Below, one piece after another: positions 10,686 through 25,268 of a stretch of DNA of 64,000 bases. The stretch is from NCBI GenBank assembly GCA_024679065.1, contig JAGIQG010000008.1:76322001-76386000 (forward strand), in the 5' to 3' direction. Under the pieces are notes generated by a model that had not been told where the DNA came from, ran no database searches, and saw only the letters and a list, made by a program, of their open reading frames with translations. The DNA comes from Sphyrna mokarran. Lineage: Eukaryota. Numbering within the stretch: the first letter of the stretch is position 1; every line of letters starts with the position of its first letter. A program made the translations under genes and the position numbers.

Positions 10686-13249
10686 CACGTCAAGGCGACA
10701 GAAGGGGTACTTACAGTTGTCTTTACTGGCAAATCACTACATGAAAGGAGCCAAAATCTTCAGCTCTGCTTTCTGGCTGTGGACATAAAGTTAAAATTAA
10801 GATGTGTAAATTGAATTTGTCTTGAATGTGCCAACAATGTTCAGTTGCTATTTGAAATATAACAAAATGAAGAGGACTTGACCTTGTCTTGCTAAAGATT
10901 TTAGTCCACCTTCAAAATAATTGGAGATGTATAAGTGTAAAGGACATGAGCTGAAATTGGGCTAAGCCTGCAGTGAGAAATAGGCTTGGAACAAATTTGT
11001 TGCCGACTTTTCATTGCACTCAATCTTCTTTCACTGAAGCTCATCGAATAGTAATTCAAATTTTTCTTGGAGACTCAATTCCGAGTCTCACTATCATTTT
11101 TATTTAATTTTTGAAATTAAAATCCTTAATAATATTTTCTAAGCCAATTGAAAATAAAATTTGGTGCAGTACATAACGTATTGTTGCATACTATGAATCT
11201 TTAGTGCTGCAAGTATGGAATAGTTTAACCTCCGTAATATCTAGTTCAGATCATAAGAGGTTCCTATTGTCATACGTGTAAATTAAAAATAATTAGGGCC
11301 CTACAACATTTTCTGGGACTGTTGCCACCTTAATATACGGCTCTGGCAAATAGTGCCCACTATTCCCTCTGTTTTGTTGTGTTTTATCAGAGATATGCAG
11401 AGATGAAACAACATGATCTACGTGTGCAGGAGTTTTATTTTGCTCTTGTCAAACAGCTGTCTGCTTCAGCTTAATTTTTTTTCAGTAACCACATCCAATC
11501 TTAACTAATCACAGCAGAAAGCAAAGTGAATAAACTCACATTATCAAACATAATAATTAAAACATTACACATTTCATGCAATTCTTTACTTTTTCTAGGT
11601 CTTGCCTTGAATTTTTAACATATTTCCTCAGGATGCATTTTGAAAAATCTGAACAGAGTGATCTGAATATACCTTGTTTGAAATTCTGAAATTTTGAAAA
11701 CTGAAAATTGAGTGATGAGGCCAACACACTCTTTTGGAATTGCCACTTGCCATCCTTTTTCTACTTGCCACCTGTAAGTGCTCCCCTTATCATTGGTCTC
11801 TGAGACTGCCTGATGTGAAATCTTGAGTAGTAGTGGCAAAGAACCTGAATTTTGTCAGTGTAAGGTAATAGTCCCCTCCTCTCCCTAATGGCCCTCATAC
11901 ACTAACCTTTGTTGACCTCCATCTCTGACATGGACTGCAGAATCAGTATTCTGCATTTCAAGGATTAAGTGTTTTCTTATGATCACTTGTCAACGCTTGA
12001 ACTCACAACCTCCTATCTCATACCAACTGAGCCAAATAATTCTCACAGGAAAGCATCCCTTTCTCCAACAGAGGTTCCTAGCCTAAAATGAAACTAGCAT
12101 TAACTACCCTTGACTATCTCACATAGGCAAACTCTGATTTCTGCTTAACAGAATCCTTTCCATTAAAAAAATGACGAGGCCTATTGACTTGCTTTTAAGT
12201 TGACATCAATCAGCCGTATCTTCTTGGAAACTATACCTGTCATCAACAGGAGTTTGAATAGTTCAACATTACTAATTACTGTACATTGTTATCTATATGA
12301 TACATACAGAAAATACACTGCATAGATATGTTAAACTTGCTGATAAGGAAAAGATAATACTCTGTGAAATTTCTTCTGGACCCCCTTAGGGGTGAATGAA
12401 ACAGCAGAATATCAATCTAACATTACAATCTGCATTATTTGACTGACCAGCCGCATTCCAAAGATGGCATTCCTATTGCAGTGTGCAAACTTTCCTATGT
12501 CTATGTGCACCATTATAAGTTTTAGTCAGTTTCTTAATCAAATATTCACGCTGAACTTTCCTTAAAAACTAATTTATATTGTCCTGCTTTCAAAAGAGTT
12601 TGTTCCATTATATTTCAAAAGATTGCACACTTTCAATAAAGTCTTGTTCAATGGAGTCCAACATCAAAGATTAGGTATGTCAGCTAAATCAGCATTCCCA
12701 TGTGATTCTTCCTTATGTATCTCCTGGTCCTTAGGGGTGTTGGGGTTACTAATAATGAAAGAAAGAATCCAAAGGTGAGAACTCTATCAATTTATGCAAG
12801 CTGACATTAATCTCATTACTTTTGTGCTCTCTGGTTCTGGGATCATAGTTTAAGTTAAATAATCTCTTTATCTCCATCCTTTAAGGTGGGCATTCTGATA
12901 ACGGATGTGAAGTGAAATGAATTAATGCCAGATGTAGCCCAGATCAGACAGTTCCACCAAAACCTTCTGTGATTGTAAGATGATGGATCCAAATTTTTTG
13001 CATTCAACCCATCAGGTACTGGAATATATACAGTCGAGCTCGGGACACCTACTTAAAGAGCTACAGCAAACATTTAAAACAGAACGTGTTCTGCCTGAAA
13101 AATAAAAATTCCGTATTCAATCTTGTAGATCAATGACAGGAAAAACACAGCTTCACAGATACAGCTGTTCTTTCAGGAAGTGAAATAATAAAGTAGTCCA
13201 GTGCCACATTCCAGTGCCAGAGATCAGTATTATGATTATGGAGGGTGAA

Positions 13250-13450
13250 ACAAAAATACTAATGCTGGAATATCTCAGCAGGACTGGCAGCATCTGTGGA
13301 GACAGAATAGAGCCAACATTTCAAATCAGGGTGATCCTTCACCAGAGCTGAAGACAAGGAAAATCAGACAGGATTTATATTGTGGAGGGATTGTGTACAA
13401 GTGATCGGTGGGGAGTTGGGGGAGATGGTGTATGGATGCTGATGAGAAGA
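13250..13450 (-). mobile_element. Penelope family B terminal fragment
   Basis: 'aatgctggaatatctcagcaggactggcagcatctgtggagacagaatagagccaacatttc' matches the left arm at 34445-34510. Confidence 0.7.
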
Positions 13451-16239
13451 AAATGTCAAGTTAAGGCTACCTAGAATTTCCATTTAACAAGTAAATAATG
13501 AACTCTGCATGTTATGTAGTTCCCTTGCAGCTTATTATATGTTGACTTCTGCTCCATGTAAGTCACTTGCCAATCCTTAAATCTCTTAACAGAACTGTAC
13601 AGTAACTGCAACTGCAATACTGTTACAGGTTATAACTGCAGCTATTGATCCACTTACTTTTTTAATGTTGCGATCACAAGCTGACCTTCCTAGCATAATG
13701 TATGCTCACTTATTCGCCTAAATATAGGATGAGAACTTCCCTGTATTCCTGCTACCTTCATTTCATTCAGTGAAGGGCAAGGTAGATTGTAACAAGGGCG
13801 ATTGTTCACTGCCAATTTTGGTGCAATGATAATGTTCACACTCAAATTGGAAAGTTATGGGATTAAGCCCATTGGAATGATTTTCACACAATCTATGCTG
13901 ATCATTATCAATGCACTGATCTGGATTTGCTCATGTGTGAGCTTTCAAGGCTAAGACCTAAATCTTCTGGTCCCACCTGCTATGGGTGGACACAGATAAT
14001 TTGATGGACCAGTGAAACATCTGTTGACCTTGGGCAAAAAACATCCGGGCCTCAAGTGAGAAGGATGGGAGAATGCCATCCTAAGTCTCTTTAGATATCT
14101 CAATTTGCAGCTGTTATAGTCCCTCATTGGAAGTCTCATTGAGGCTATGCTGACAGATCGATTTATCTGAAGTGCTGTTTTAAGATGGTTATTGAAGGTG
14201 ATGGCATTATTATCGAAGGGGAGATCATTTCAGTCTGACTTCACTTTCACTGAAGTTGGGATGCATTATTGCCTTATGACTGCAGCCAGAAGTCCTGATC
14301 AACTTGGAACTAAACTTTGCTGGAGAGAACTTTCTGTATTAAGCTAGTTCATGGTGTTAAGTTTTGCATGAGCATGTAGATGACATCAATAAACATCATT
14401 CCTGAGTCTTTGGCGATCCAGGAAAGCTGCTGAAACAAGGCAGTCATGGCATATTGCTGTAATTGTTCTGTGGGAAAGGCAGTGCAAGCACTTTTATGTT
14501 GAATAATGCACTTTTCATTTGTTTGACACACATGTGAAGCTATATAGCTAAATAATTCTTATCTTAGTTTTGAAGGGGGATGGTGGAATTAAAGTTGAAG
14601 AAGGTGGTGACCTTCACTGCCGATAAGAGCATTGTCGTTATAATGAAGGTTGTCTGTGACCATAAGTGTCCTTGCAGCAAATGGCATAAGTCAGTAATGC
14701 ATGAAGCTTCCACAATTTTTCTGCAAGAGCATCATTTTGGCAGAAGGATCCAGAATAAATGAGTACAGAAAATTTCTGATGGAAATCAGGCAGGATTGCA
14801 AAACATTCAATTTTCTGTCACTACCACCACCCTCCCGCTACCTTCCTGCCACACCACCCCTAATAACTTGATGCCTTTAGGAATATTCTCATTCAATTTT
14901 AGCTCAGAATTCTAAAAAGCTTAGTTATGTCCTTTCTCGATATTTTTTCCATTGTAAACAAATTCAGTTTGATAAGCTTTTCCTCAATAATCCCAGTTTC
15001 ACGTCCTTTGAAAGCAAAAGCACAGAAATTACAACAGGCCACTCAGCCCAAACACATGCCAATGTTGGTTATTCATCAAGAATCACTTATTCCATTTTCT
15101 ACATCTTTTTTATTTTTTTTCAGTTTCAAGTGCTTGACTGGGTCCCTTTTATGTAAAGATATAATCACTAGCCCACTGCTTTTGAAATTGTAAGAACACT
15201 GCATTTAAAAAATAACTCCTAAGTTCCCTATTCTCCTTCTGGTGAATAGTGATAATCCTGAATCTATGCCATCGAATAACAATTTATCAATCAGTGGAAA
15301 CAATGAGTCACTGTTTACCCCTTCAAGATCTTTCATAATTTTGCAATGCTTTCTTATGAAAAAAAAATCTCAAAACATTCAGGTCTGCATCGACAACCAC
15401 TCTTGATCAAAGGATGTATTTTATTTCATTCTTTCGTCGGTTGTGATCATTGGATGCTCATCCCTAATTATCATTGAGAAGGTGCTGGTCAACCACCTCT
15501 TGAATTGTTGCAGTCAATCTGGCGTAGGTAACCCCACAGTGCTATTAGAAACAAAGTTCCAGGACTCAGTAATAAAAGCGAATGGTAATTTAGTCCAAAT
15601 AAGGAATATGTGTGGCTTGGAGGGGATCTTGCAAGTGTTTCCATATGTCTATTGTCCTTGTCCTACTCAATGGTATTGTCAATGTCTGACCCTGATAGTC
15701 ATCTTGCAATGCAATGAACAGAATGGAATGTATTATTCCAATAATGACATAATTAATATGATGTATAAATTCAAGATCATATTCTTGCTTTAACATTGTT
15801 GTTCAAAACTGGACTGCTTTGAGATTATATCATCACAGGAGTTTTTTTCTGATTGTCCACTGCAACCTTGACAGAAAATCCATAGAATTCCCCAGAAAAA
15901 ATAGCATGCACAGGATTTGTATTGTTTCTCTGTAAATTACACAGTTATGGTGGATGTCAAGAGAATTAAACATGAATAGTATTAAATAATAAATCTTTAT
16001 CAATGAATTGCACAGGATTAAAATACTTTATTCTACCCTGATTATTAATGCTATTGTCAACAGTTTCAGATTTACTGGATAGTTTTAATGAGAGGTTAAT
16101 ATTCACAGCCAAACCATCTTCCTGAACCATCGCCATGAACAAAACTATTTCGTAGATCATTACAAATTATCACAATACATTTTGCACAATTGTTCTTGCC
16201 ATTGGTCAAACACAATGATCCTCCTGAGCCAGTAATGTT

Positions 16240-16560
16240 CCACATCCAGCAATGACTTAGATAACTGGCTAATTTGTTATTTTGTAGTGTTGATTGAGAT
16301 AGAAATGTTGGTCAGGACCTTGGAAGGACTCACTGTTCTTTTAGTAGTTTCATGAGATTTGTTTTTACATAAAACATCCACTGGAACAGACAGGAGAGAC
16401 CTAGTGTAAAATCCCATCCAGTGCACAGCAGTACTTGCAAAGATACAGCACACTCTGACTATTACACTAGAATCAGTTTAGATTATAACTTCAAATCAAA
16501 GTATGGCGCTCAAATTCATAACTTTCTGACCCAATGACAAGAGTACTAATGAGTGCCACA
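16240..16560 (-). mobile_element. Decayed Deu-domain SINE (SacSINE1-like)
   Basis: 'gttgattgagatagaaatgttggtcaggacc...catgagattt...cagcactctgactattacactag' is homologous to 63380-63560. Confidence 0.55.
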
Positions 16561-17302
16561 TGGAAATGGTATACCTCATATCTGTGTTCACATTAAAACC
16601 TATTCATTTAACTGATGTACAATATTACTTTCCTTTATATTAGTCACTTAATCAAATAGACAACAGCATCTACTATGAGTAGTACCCAACCTGTAGCATT
16701 TTGTACTTTGCCTTTCCAATCTCTCAATTATATGACATTAAGCTCAATAAGACAATATTCATTTGAATGGGAAATCTCTCATTAGCAAAGTAGCATGTCT
16801 TCATCTAGTTCAGACACAAGTAAAACCACCTCAAGACCCATAAAAAGAAATACTATGATGCTGCTTTCTGAATAAAGGAAGTCATAGCTGGCTGGAGGGT
16901 TGCATTCCATTGACTGCTCACTACTTTCCTTTATTTGTTTTGACTTCATTTTTTTATGAATGATGTTACTAATTCTATTTTATGTGTAAGTTGGTGTGAT
17001 TTCCTGGTACCACATTTGGTACTTTATAATAGCTTTGGAATGAATACCAGAAACATGCAAAATGTCTGTGTATATATTCACAGGACATCCAGCATGTCTG
17101 CTATCTCCACACAACATTCATTTGGAATGACATTGCTATTTTGTTGCAGTAACCTTAAATTGCTGAAAGCAATGCGGCTCACATTTTTAGAATGTGACAT
17201 ATTTGCCAGCAGTAAGTGATAAGAATGCTTGGTATGTATTATTCTACCTGATCATATATTCAGCAAAGCAAAGGTTCTTGAGGATTATGACCAGCAACAT
17301 TG

Positions 17303-17622
17303 AATCATAGAATCCTGACAATTCAGGATAAGGCCATTTGGCCCATCAAGTTTGTACAGTACACAACCCACCCAAACCCTATTTCTCTAACCCCACGTAT
17401 TTACCCTGCTAGTCCCCCTGGCACTTAGGAGCAATTTATCATGGCCAATCCACGTGACCTGCACACCTTTGGACTGTGGGAGGAAACTGGAGCACCTGGA
17501 GGAAACCCACGCAGACACTGGGAGAATGTGCAAACTCCACATAGACAGTCACCCGAGGCTGGAATTGAACCTCGGTCTCTAGCACTGTGAGGCAGCAGTA
17601 CTAACCACTGTGCCACCATGCC
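17303..17622 (-). mobile_element. HE1/V-SINE (tRNA head, V domain, CR1-like tail)
   Basis: Minus strand reads ggcatggtggcacagtggttagtactgctgcctcacag...ggttcaattcc...tgtggagtttgcacattctccc...gattctatgatt. Confidence 0.9.
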
Positions 17623-17914
17623 AAATATAGACAGTGGAAGATGACAACCTCAATTTTTTTGGATACTACAAAGACCGGTTTGGTTCCAAAGTAGTACATG
17701 TATGCAACTCTGGTGGGCCATCTTTGGCAGTGTATTAGCAAATATGTAAAGAATATACAGTAGAAGTATGCAAAGTAAGTAAATCATGATAATTATTAGT
17801 GTATAGCATTCATATAGTGTCATCAGTACCCTTTTGGAACTCAACACTGCAGTTAACAGTGTATTAATCATGCAAAGCTGAAGACGTGCTTAACAGTGCT
17901 ATTCAAAGGGATCA

Positions 17915-20900
17915 AAGAACATAAGAACTAGAAGCAGGAGTAGGCCATCTGGCCCCTCGAACCTGCTCCACTATTCAATAAGATCATGGCTGATCTTTTT
18001 GTGGACTCAGCTCCAATTATCCACTCGTTCACCATAACCCTTAATTCCTTTACTGTTCAAAAATCTTATCTATATTTGCCTCAAAAACATCCAACAAGGT
18101 AGCTTCACTGGACAGGGAATGCCACAGATTTACAGCCCTTTGGGTAAAGAAATTCCTCCTCAATTCGGTTCTAAATTTACTCCTCCTTGAGGCTATGTCC
18201 CGTAGGTTTACCCCCCCCCATGAGAAACCAACCTCTCTGCTTCCCTATCTATTCCCTTCATAATTTTATATGTTTCTATAAGATCCATTTTCATTCTTCT
18301 ACATTCCAGTGAGTATAGTCGCAGTTTACTTAGTCTCTCCTCATAAGCCAACCCTCTCAATTCCAGAATCTCCTCTGCACTCCTTCCAGTGCCAGTATAT
18401 TCTTTCTCAAATAAGAAGACCAAAACTGTACACAGTACTCCAGGTGTGTGGCCTCACCAGCATCTTTTACAACGACAACATACCCTCCCTGTTTTTAAAC
18501 TTCTTCCTTCTAGCAATGAAGGACAAAATCCCATTTACGTTCTTAATTACTTGCTGCACCTGCAAACCAACTTTTTGTCATTTATGTACAAGAATATTCG
18601 GGTCTTTTTGCATAGCAGCGTTCTGCAATTTTTTACCATTTAAATAATAGTCCATTTTGCTGTTATTCCTACCAAAATGGATGACTTCACATTTATCAAC
18701 ATTGTATTTCATCGACCAGACCGTTCCCACTCACTTAAACTATCTATATCCCTTTGCAGACATTCAGTTTCTTTTGCGCACTTTGCTCTGCCACTCATCT
18801 TAATGTTACTTATGAACTTTGACACACTACACTTGATCCCCGACTTCAAATCATTTATGTAAATTGTAAACAATTGTGGTCTGAACACTGATCGCTGAGG
18901 CACACCATATGTCACTGATCGCCAACCACTGAAAACATCCATTTATTCCCATTATTTGCTTTCTGTTAGTTAACCAATCCTCTATCCATGCTAAAACATT
19001 ACCAGTAACATTATGATCTTTTTCTGTGGCAGCCTTTTGTGTGGCACCTTCTCCAGTGCCTCCTGGAAATCGAGATATATAACATCCACCAATTCCCCAT
19101 TGTCCACACTCGTAATGTCCTCAAAGAACTCCACTAAATTAGTTAAACATGACCTGCCTTTCATGAACCCATGCTGTATTTTCCCAATGGGACTATTTAT
19201 ATCCCGATGTCTTGCTTTTTTTCTTCCTTGATGATAGATTGAAGCATTTTCTCTAACAACAGAAATTAAGCTAACCACTCTATGGTTACCTGCCTTTTGT
19301 CTATCCCCTTTTTTAAACAGTGGCATCACATTTGCTGTTTTCCATTCTGCGGGAACTGCCCTAGAGTCCAGCAAATTTTGGTAAATTACCATAAATGCAT
19401 TTGCTATTTCCCTGCCTCTCTTTTGGTACCTGGGATGCATTCCATCAGGACCAGGAGACTTGTTTATCTTTAGCCCCATTAGCTTACCTAATACTGCTTC
19501 TTTAGTGATAATGATCATTTCTAGATCCTCACCTGCCATAGTCTTTTTGTCATTAATTTTTGGCATGTTATTTGAGTCTTCCACTGTGAAGACCGATAAA
19601 GTACTTGCTCAATGCGTCGGCTATTTCCTCATTTCCCATTATTAAATCCCCTTTTTCGTCCTTTAAAGGACTAATGTTTATCTTAGCTACTCTTTTTCTT
19701 ATATATTTCTAAATATCATTGTTATCTATTTTTATATTCTGAGCTAATTTACTCTCATAATCTATCTTACTTTTCCTTATAGCTTTTTCTGTGGCTTTCT
19801 GTTGACCTTTAGAGATTTCCCAATCCTTTAGTTTCCCGTTAATTGTTGCCAGTTTGTATGCATTTTCTTTCAATGTGATATCCTCTATTTCCTTACTTAG
19901 CCATGGTTGACTATCCCTTTTTCTGCAGTCCTTCCTTGTTACTGGTATATGCTTTTGCTGAGCACTGTGAAAAATTGTTTTGAAAGTCCTCCACTGTTCC
20001 TCAATTTTCCCATCATGAAGCTTTTGTTCCCAGTCTACCTTAGCCAAGTCTTCCCTCATCCCATTATAATCTCCTTTGTTTAAACACAAGACATTGGTAT
20101 TGGATTTTACCTTCTCACGCTTCAATAGTATTTTAAATCCAAATTACTGTGATTGCTCCTTCCAAGAAGATCCCTAATGTGAGATCATTAATTATTCCTG
20201 TTTCATTACACATCAGCCCAATGCTGACATCTCCACATCATCATTATAAGGGACCAAATCTAGAATAACTTGCTCCCTCATAGGTTCCATTGTTCGAGTG
20301 TTATTGCGGATATATTTTATGAACTCCTCCTCAAGGCTGCCTTGACTGACCTCTTTTGATCAACTGACACGTCGATTAAAGTCCCCCATGATAATTGCGG
20401 AACTATTTTTACATGCACCTATTATTTATTTCCTCATTGTTCACCCTGCTCTAATATTATTTGGTGACCTATAGACTACATCTATCAGTGACATTTTCTT
20501 CTTACTATTTCTCATTTCCACCCAAATGGATTCAATGCTTTTCTCCATAGAATCTATATCATCTCTTACTACAGCCCTGATGTCATCCTTAAATATCAGA
20601 ACTACACCATCTCCCTTACTTTCCTGACTGTTCTTCCGCACAGTCTGATACCCTTCGATGTTTAACTCCCAGTCGTGACTACCCCACAATCATGTCTCTG
20701 TAATGGCCGCTAAATCATACTCATTTGCGACGATTTGTGCCATCAACTTATTTACCTTGTTTCAAATGCAAAGAGCATTTGGGTAAAGTGCCCTTATGTT
20801 AATTTTTATACTTTTTTTGTATCCAAATACTTCAATTAATAACATCTCCTGAGATCTTCTCCCTTTTAACATTTTTGGTAATTTACAATGTAGTTGAAAT

Positions 20901-21170
20901 CTTCTCTCCACATGTTAACTGCTGTTTTGCTTCCCATTAACCATCATACTTCCTGTACTTGCTGGTTTAAAGTCCTTGTAACGACCCTATTTATCTTTTC
21001 TGCTCGAACACTCGTCTGATTGGTTCAGGTGAAGACCGTTGCAATGATACACGTCCTTCCTGATCCAACACTGATGCCACTGCCCCATGATATGGAACCC
21101 CTCCTTTCCACAGCACTGCTTTAGCTGCAAGTTCACACCCCTAATTTTCTCATCCCTATGCCAATTCATA
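17915..21170 (-). mobile_element. Decayed CR1 LINE: end of SGNH-esterase ORF1 plus APE/RT ORF2 and 3' UTR
   Basis: Colinear fragments CGKEGFHIMGQW...GLHLN (ORF1), VYRSPN (APE), KSPGPDGMHPR, QHGFMKGRSCLTNLVEFFE, GVPQRSV...FISNIK, YEERLSKL; ttcttatgttc tail. Confidence 0.92.
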
Positions 21171-21329
21171 TCAAATCAATTGATTTCTATTGGCTGTTGC
21201 TGAGTTTGTAGGAGTGTTTGATGGAGTATTACTATTTAAAGTTGCTGATGTCTGCAGGAATTACTGTGGCAAATGCTGAAGGACTTTTCCCTGACTTTAA
21301 GGATTCTGCACAAAACACTGGCTCCCTGA

Positions 21330-22110
21330 CAGAGGAGCAGTAGTTTCAACCCACCATCCTGGCTGACTCTTGGTCTCAGAGTAAGCAAGGACAGCATTGC
21401 CAATGTCTGAAGGTGATCGTAATCATGAACTTTATGCATCTGGCTCCCGCAGGCTGGAACTGGCAATCTTTGCAATATCTCTCAGCTTGCTGTGCACTGT
21501 TGTGTAAGGCAGGTCACTGAGGCTCTATAATGAAACAGAACTGAATATATATCATTCTATCTTGTCAGGATAATATAGACAGAGTGAGCACACAGCTAGT
21601 TTCCCCATAGGTTCAATTGACAGTGTGTACGTTGCTTAGAGAGCAATGCATGACAACATTGAGGTATGCTGCTACCAGAAGGTCTTTTATTCCCTCATCA
21701 TCTAGCTGATGTGTGACCAGATGACGTATACTTTACTGATCAATGCCCAGTATCCTGGCAACAGACATGATGCCTTCATCCTGTGAAAGCCTGTTGTATC
21801 ATCTGTGTTTGACAAACCAGAATGTAGCTATTGGACAACAAGGTGAATCCACTGAGCATTTGGTTTATGACTCTGGTTGGCAATCCAAGCATGCATGGTT
21901 CCACATAAGATGTCATTGAGCAGATCACTGGCATGTTGAAGCATTGCTTCTGCTACTGAAGCCACTCTAATGGAACACTGCACCACTTGGCAAAATGCGT
22001 CATAAGATTTTGTTACCTTCTTCTGTACGCTGGACGACCTCATATCACAATGGGTGCTGCCTTTGTCACCGACTAGATGGTTACTAGTTGAGGAGGAGGA
22101 AGGGAAGAGA
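21330..22110 (+). pseudogene. Decayed Harbinger (HARBI1-like DDE) transposase
   Basis: Frameshifted motifs ARTALP, NISQLAVHCCVRQVTEALY, NAQYPGNRHDAFIL, VIEQITGMLK, acidic EEEE tail. Confidence 0.8.
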
Positions 22111-22199
22111 AAACCCACACAGCCCTTTTAGGGTTTTATTAAGTGTCTTCTGTTCTGCAGACTCATCTGTCTGCAGTAATTAAACTTTAATCTCCCATG

Positions 22200-22692
22200 T
22201 TTTATAAATGCACCATAGAAAGCATTCTTTCCGGTTGTATCACAGCTTGGTATGGCTCCTGTTCTGCCCACGACCGCAACGAACTACAAACGTTGTGAAT
22301 GTAGCTCAATCCATCATGCAAACCAGCTTCCCATCTATTTATTCTGTCTGTACTTCCCACTATCTTAGCAAAGCAGCCAGCATAATTAAGGATTCCATGC
22401 ACCCCCGATATTCTCTCTTCCACCTTCTTCTTTCAGGAAAAAGATACAAAAATCTGAGGTCACATGCCAACTGATTCAAGAAGAGCTTCTTTCCTGCTGC
22501 TGTCAAATTTGGAATGAATTTAACTTGCATTACGTTGATCTTTCTCTACACCCTAGCTTTGACTGTAGCACTATGTTTTGCAGTCTCTTGTTTCCTTCTC
22601 TACGAATAGTATGTTTTCTCCATATAGTGCACAAGGAGCAATACTTTTCACTGTATGTTAATACATGTAACAACAATAAATCAAATCAAAAA
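22200..22692 (+). mobile_element. Rex1/Babar-clade LINE 3' fragment
   Basis: CTIESILSGCITAWYGSCSA...VVNVAQSIMQTSFPSI...AASIIKD..HP..SLFHLLLSGKRY; ends aataaatcaaatcaaa. Confidence 0.85.
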
Positions 22693-24184
22693 CAAAACAG
22701 TCTCACTCACAGGCTTTCATGAAGAGGGCAGAGGCTACAAAATACTGGGGGTGCCAGGCCTACTGCTCACCCGCTGTCCCTGTCCCAATTCATCAAGATG
22801 CCTTTGCAATCCTAGATAACCTTCTTTACTGTCCACTATGCCACTAATCTTGGCGTCATCTGCAAACTTACACGTCATGCCTATTAAATTCTCATCCCCG
22901 ATAAATATTCAGCCTGTGATTTCTATTCTTTTTTGATAGTTACTTTAAAGAGGAAGTTAAAGCCCAAAATGTTAATTAGGCTTTGACTGTCAATATTGTG
23001 GACAGGATTAATGGGGTACTTGAGGTGTATTGAACAGTGAAGGGAAACAAAAATAAATACAAGTGGCAAGACTACGATCGAAATCCATTAAGTTGGTAAT
23101 TGAATCTTTTACAAGGCACTGTACCTTGAATTTGTTACAAATCAAAGTGCAATGAAAAGAGTTTCAATGATTTCAGTTTGCTGGGAGGCCTCCACAACTT
23201 CAAATCAAAGCAGCGTGCATACATTGGGCCTGAATGCACAGCTGGACAAAATGAATCCCACCACCGCAACCAACCCCCCCCACCCCACCCCCAGTGAAAT
23301 TGACATCTCCTCTCTGTCAGAGAACTCCAGAGGAAGCTGACCATACTTGCTTCTGATAGGAAGAATGCTAAAAGAATGCTCCTGCCAAGTGACTGGGAGG
23401 CATGGACGTTAAAGTGACCTATCCACTTCTGAATTTTCACAATTGCTAGGCTGGAATTGCTAGGCCTGCCTGAAATCACCATGCCAAGGATGATCTTCAG
23501 GTCTACCAGGGCTCAAAGGGGCAGTCAAGTTATGACACTCCCGCTCTAATCGGGAGGGTTAAGGTTATACACTTGCCCGAGTCTGAACCCACTCAACCGC
23601 CAGGACCCTTGAGGGACCCATCCTCTGCAGTCTGGCAGCAGCAGAGGGGCAAACAGTCACCTCCTTGGGGCCCAAGGCACCAGGCCAGGGTGTCAGTGCT
23701 CTGTCGGTACTGCCAAAGTGCACTACCTTAGGGAGGCTGAAAAGTAGGGTCTGGATCAGAAGAGGGTGCTGAATGGGGAGATGGCTGAGAGAAAAGTAGA
23801 CTGAGTGAATGTCTGGAGGAAGATAGCTGAGTGGGCTGAATGAAGAGGAAGGGGGCTGAGTGCAGGCGTCTGAGAGGGAAGATGGCTGAGTGAGAGGTCT
23901 GAGAAGGAATGAGGCTGATTAGAGAATCTGGGGGTGGTGGGGGGGAAGGCCCAACAATGGCTGTGATCAGGACTGCACCTGAAACAGGTGTGACAGCCAC
24001 TTCAATGCATTTATGTGCATGTAACTTGATTTAATGGACTTCATGCCCAACTTTACATGCACTCCCCTCTTTACCACCACATTTCCCCATCCAGAATTGG
24101 CATGAAACAGGCATGTTCATAGAAGTCCAATTCGGGTGCTCCATTTAGTGAGAAGGTAAGTGCCTAGCGTCTGAAGGCTCTCTG

Positions 24185-24455
24185 CTTGAGATCGGAAGGG
24201 GAGTGGGGGGAGAGGTGGATCCACTGCCACGCTGCTTGAGATCAGTGGGAGTTGGGGTAGGAAGAGGGGCCGTTGCCACTCTGCCTGAGATCAGTGGAGA
24301 GAAAGGCGTGTCCACTGCTATTCTTCCCGAGATCAGTGGGGAGAAAAGGGTGTCTGCTGTCATTCTGCCTGAGATAAGTGAAGAGAAAGGCGGGTGGGCT
24401 GCTACTCTGCGTGAGATCGGTGGAGGGGAAAAAGAGTCCTCTGCATTCTGAGATT
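24185..24455. repeat. Degenerate ~39-bp minisatellite (core ctgcctgagatcagtgg) inside a GC-rich repeat element
   Basis: About 6 units; the same core recurs at 59460-59640 and reversed at 62290-62330; explains the repetitive ORFs 24145-24555 and 24203-24451. Confidence 0.8.
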
Positions 24456-25028
24456 GGTGGAGGGGAAGGGGGGGTGAGAGGAAAAGGGGAGGAGGGGCCT
24501 GCTTGTCGTGTGACTTTTGCACAAGTCCCACATTCGAAGCAGAGTGATAGCTCATTACACACCGTGTTTTGTTGTTTGAAATTCATCCCAAATATTTGGA
24601 ATAAGAGACCATCATAATGTGAAAGAGGGTCAGTAGGATCTTTTTTCACATTCATTAAGCATATATTGAGTTTTGATGTTTCTTTCTTTCTTCAGGGTGA
24701 AAAAGGCAAGTTGACTGGAATGCTATACTTCTGTTGTTGATAGTCTATCCTTAAACAAAGGATTGTGTCAATCTTCCAACTAGCTGTAAATGTCCATACT
24801 CAATTAGGTAATTATCTGAGACTCAAGACTAAATAAAAGCAAATTACTTTGGATGCTGGAATCTGAAACCAAAGGAGAAAATGCTGGGAAACCTCAGCAT
24901 CTGAGACTCATGACTGTCTGGCTCAGAATGCTAAAAGTCACTTGATTTGCAGTGGCCATTTAAACAGGTTGTTTGTGTCCAAACTTTTAGAACTATTGTC
25001 TGTGAGTTCATAATACACCAAAGCATGA

Positions 25029-25268
25029 TACCTCATTGTCCCCAATATCCAGAGTCCTCATTGTCCCCAATACCCAGAGTCCTCACTGTCTCCATTACCC
25101 AGAGTACACGCTGTCTCTTATATCCAGAATATACACTCCCCAATGCCCGGATTCCTCACTGTCTCTAATATCCAGAGACTGCACTGTCCCCAAAACCCAG
25201 AGTCCTCTCTGTCTCTAATACCCAGAGTCCTCACTGTCTCCAAAATCCAGAATCACTGTCTCCAGAAC
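25029..25268. repeat. 25-bp minisatellite, ~9 copies
   Basis: Unit approximately tacccagagtcctcactgtctccaa, repeated in tandem. Confidence 0.9.

Noticed and set aside
10715-10776. Minus-strand coding exon (cag...gtaagt)
   Set aside because: Stops in all three frames from the best acceptor
17083-17210. Plus-strand exon (ttcacag...A|gtaagt) in ORF 16956-17219
   Set aside because: Weak pyrimidine tract and an unrecognisable peptide; no supporting neighbours
24145-24655. Repetitive proteins (SPLISGR / LPEISGEK ORFs)
   Set aside because: Translations of a 39-bp minisatellite that is open on both strands
25029-25268. CRISPR-like array
   Set aside because: Head-to-tail 25-bp units with no unique spacers, no cas genes, eukaryotic context
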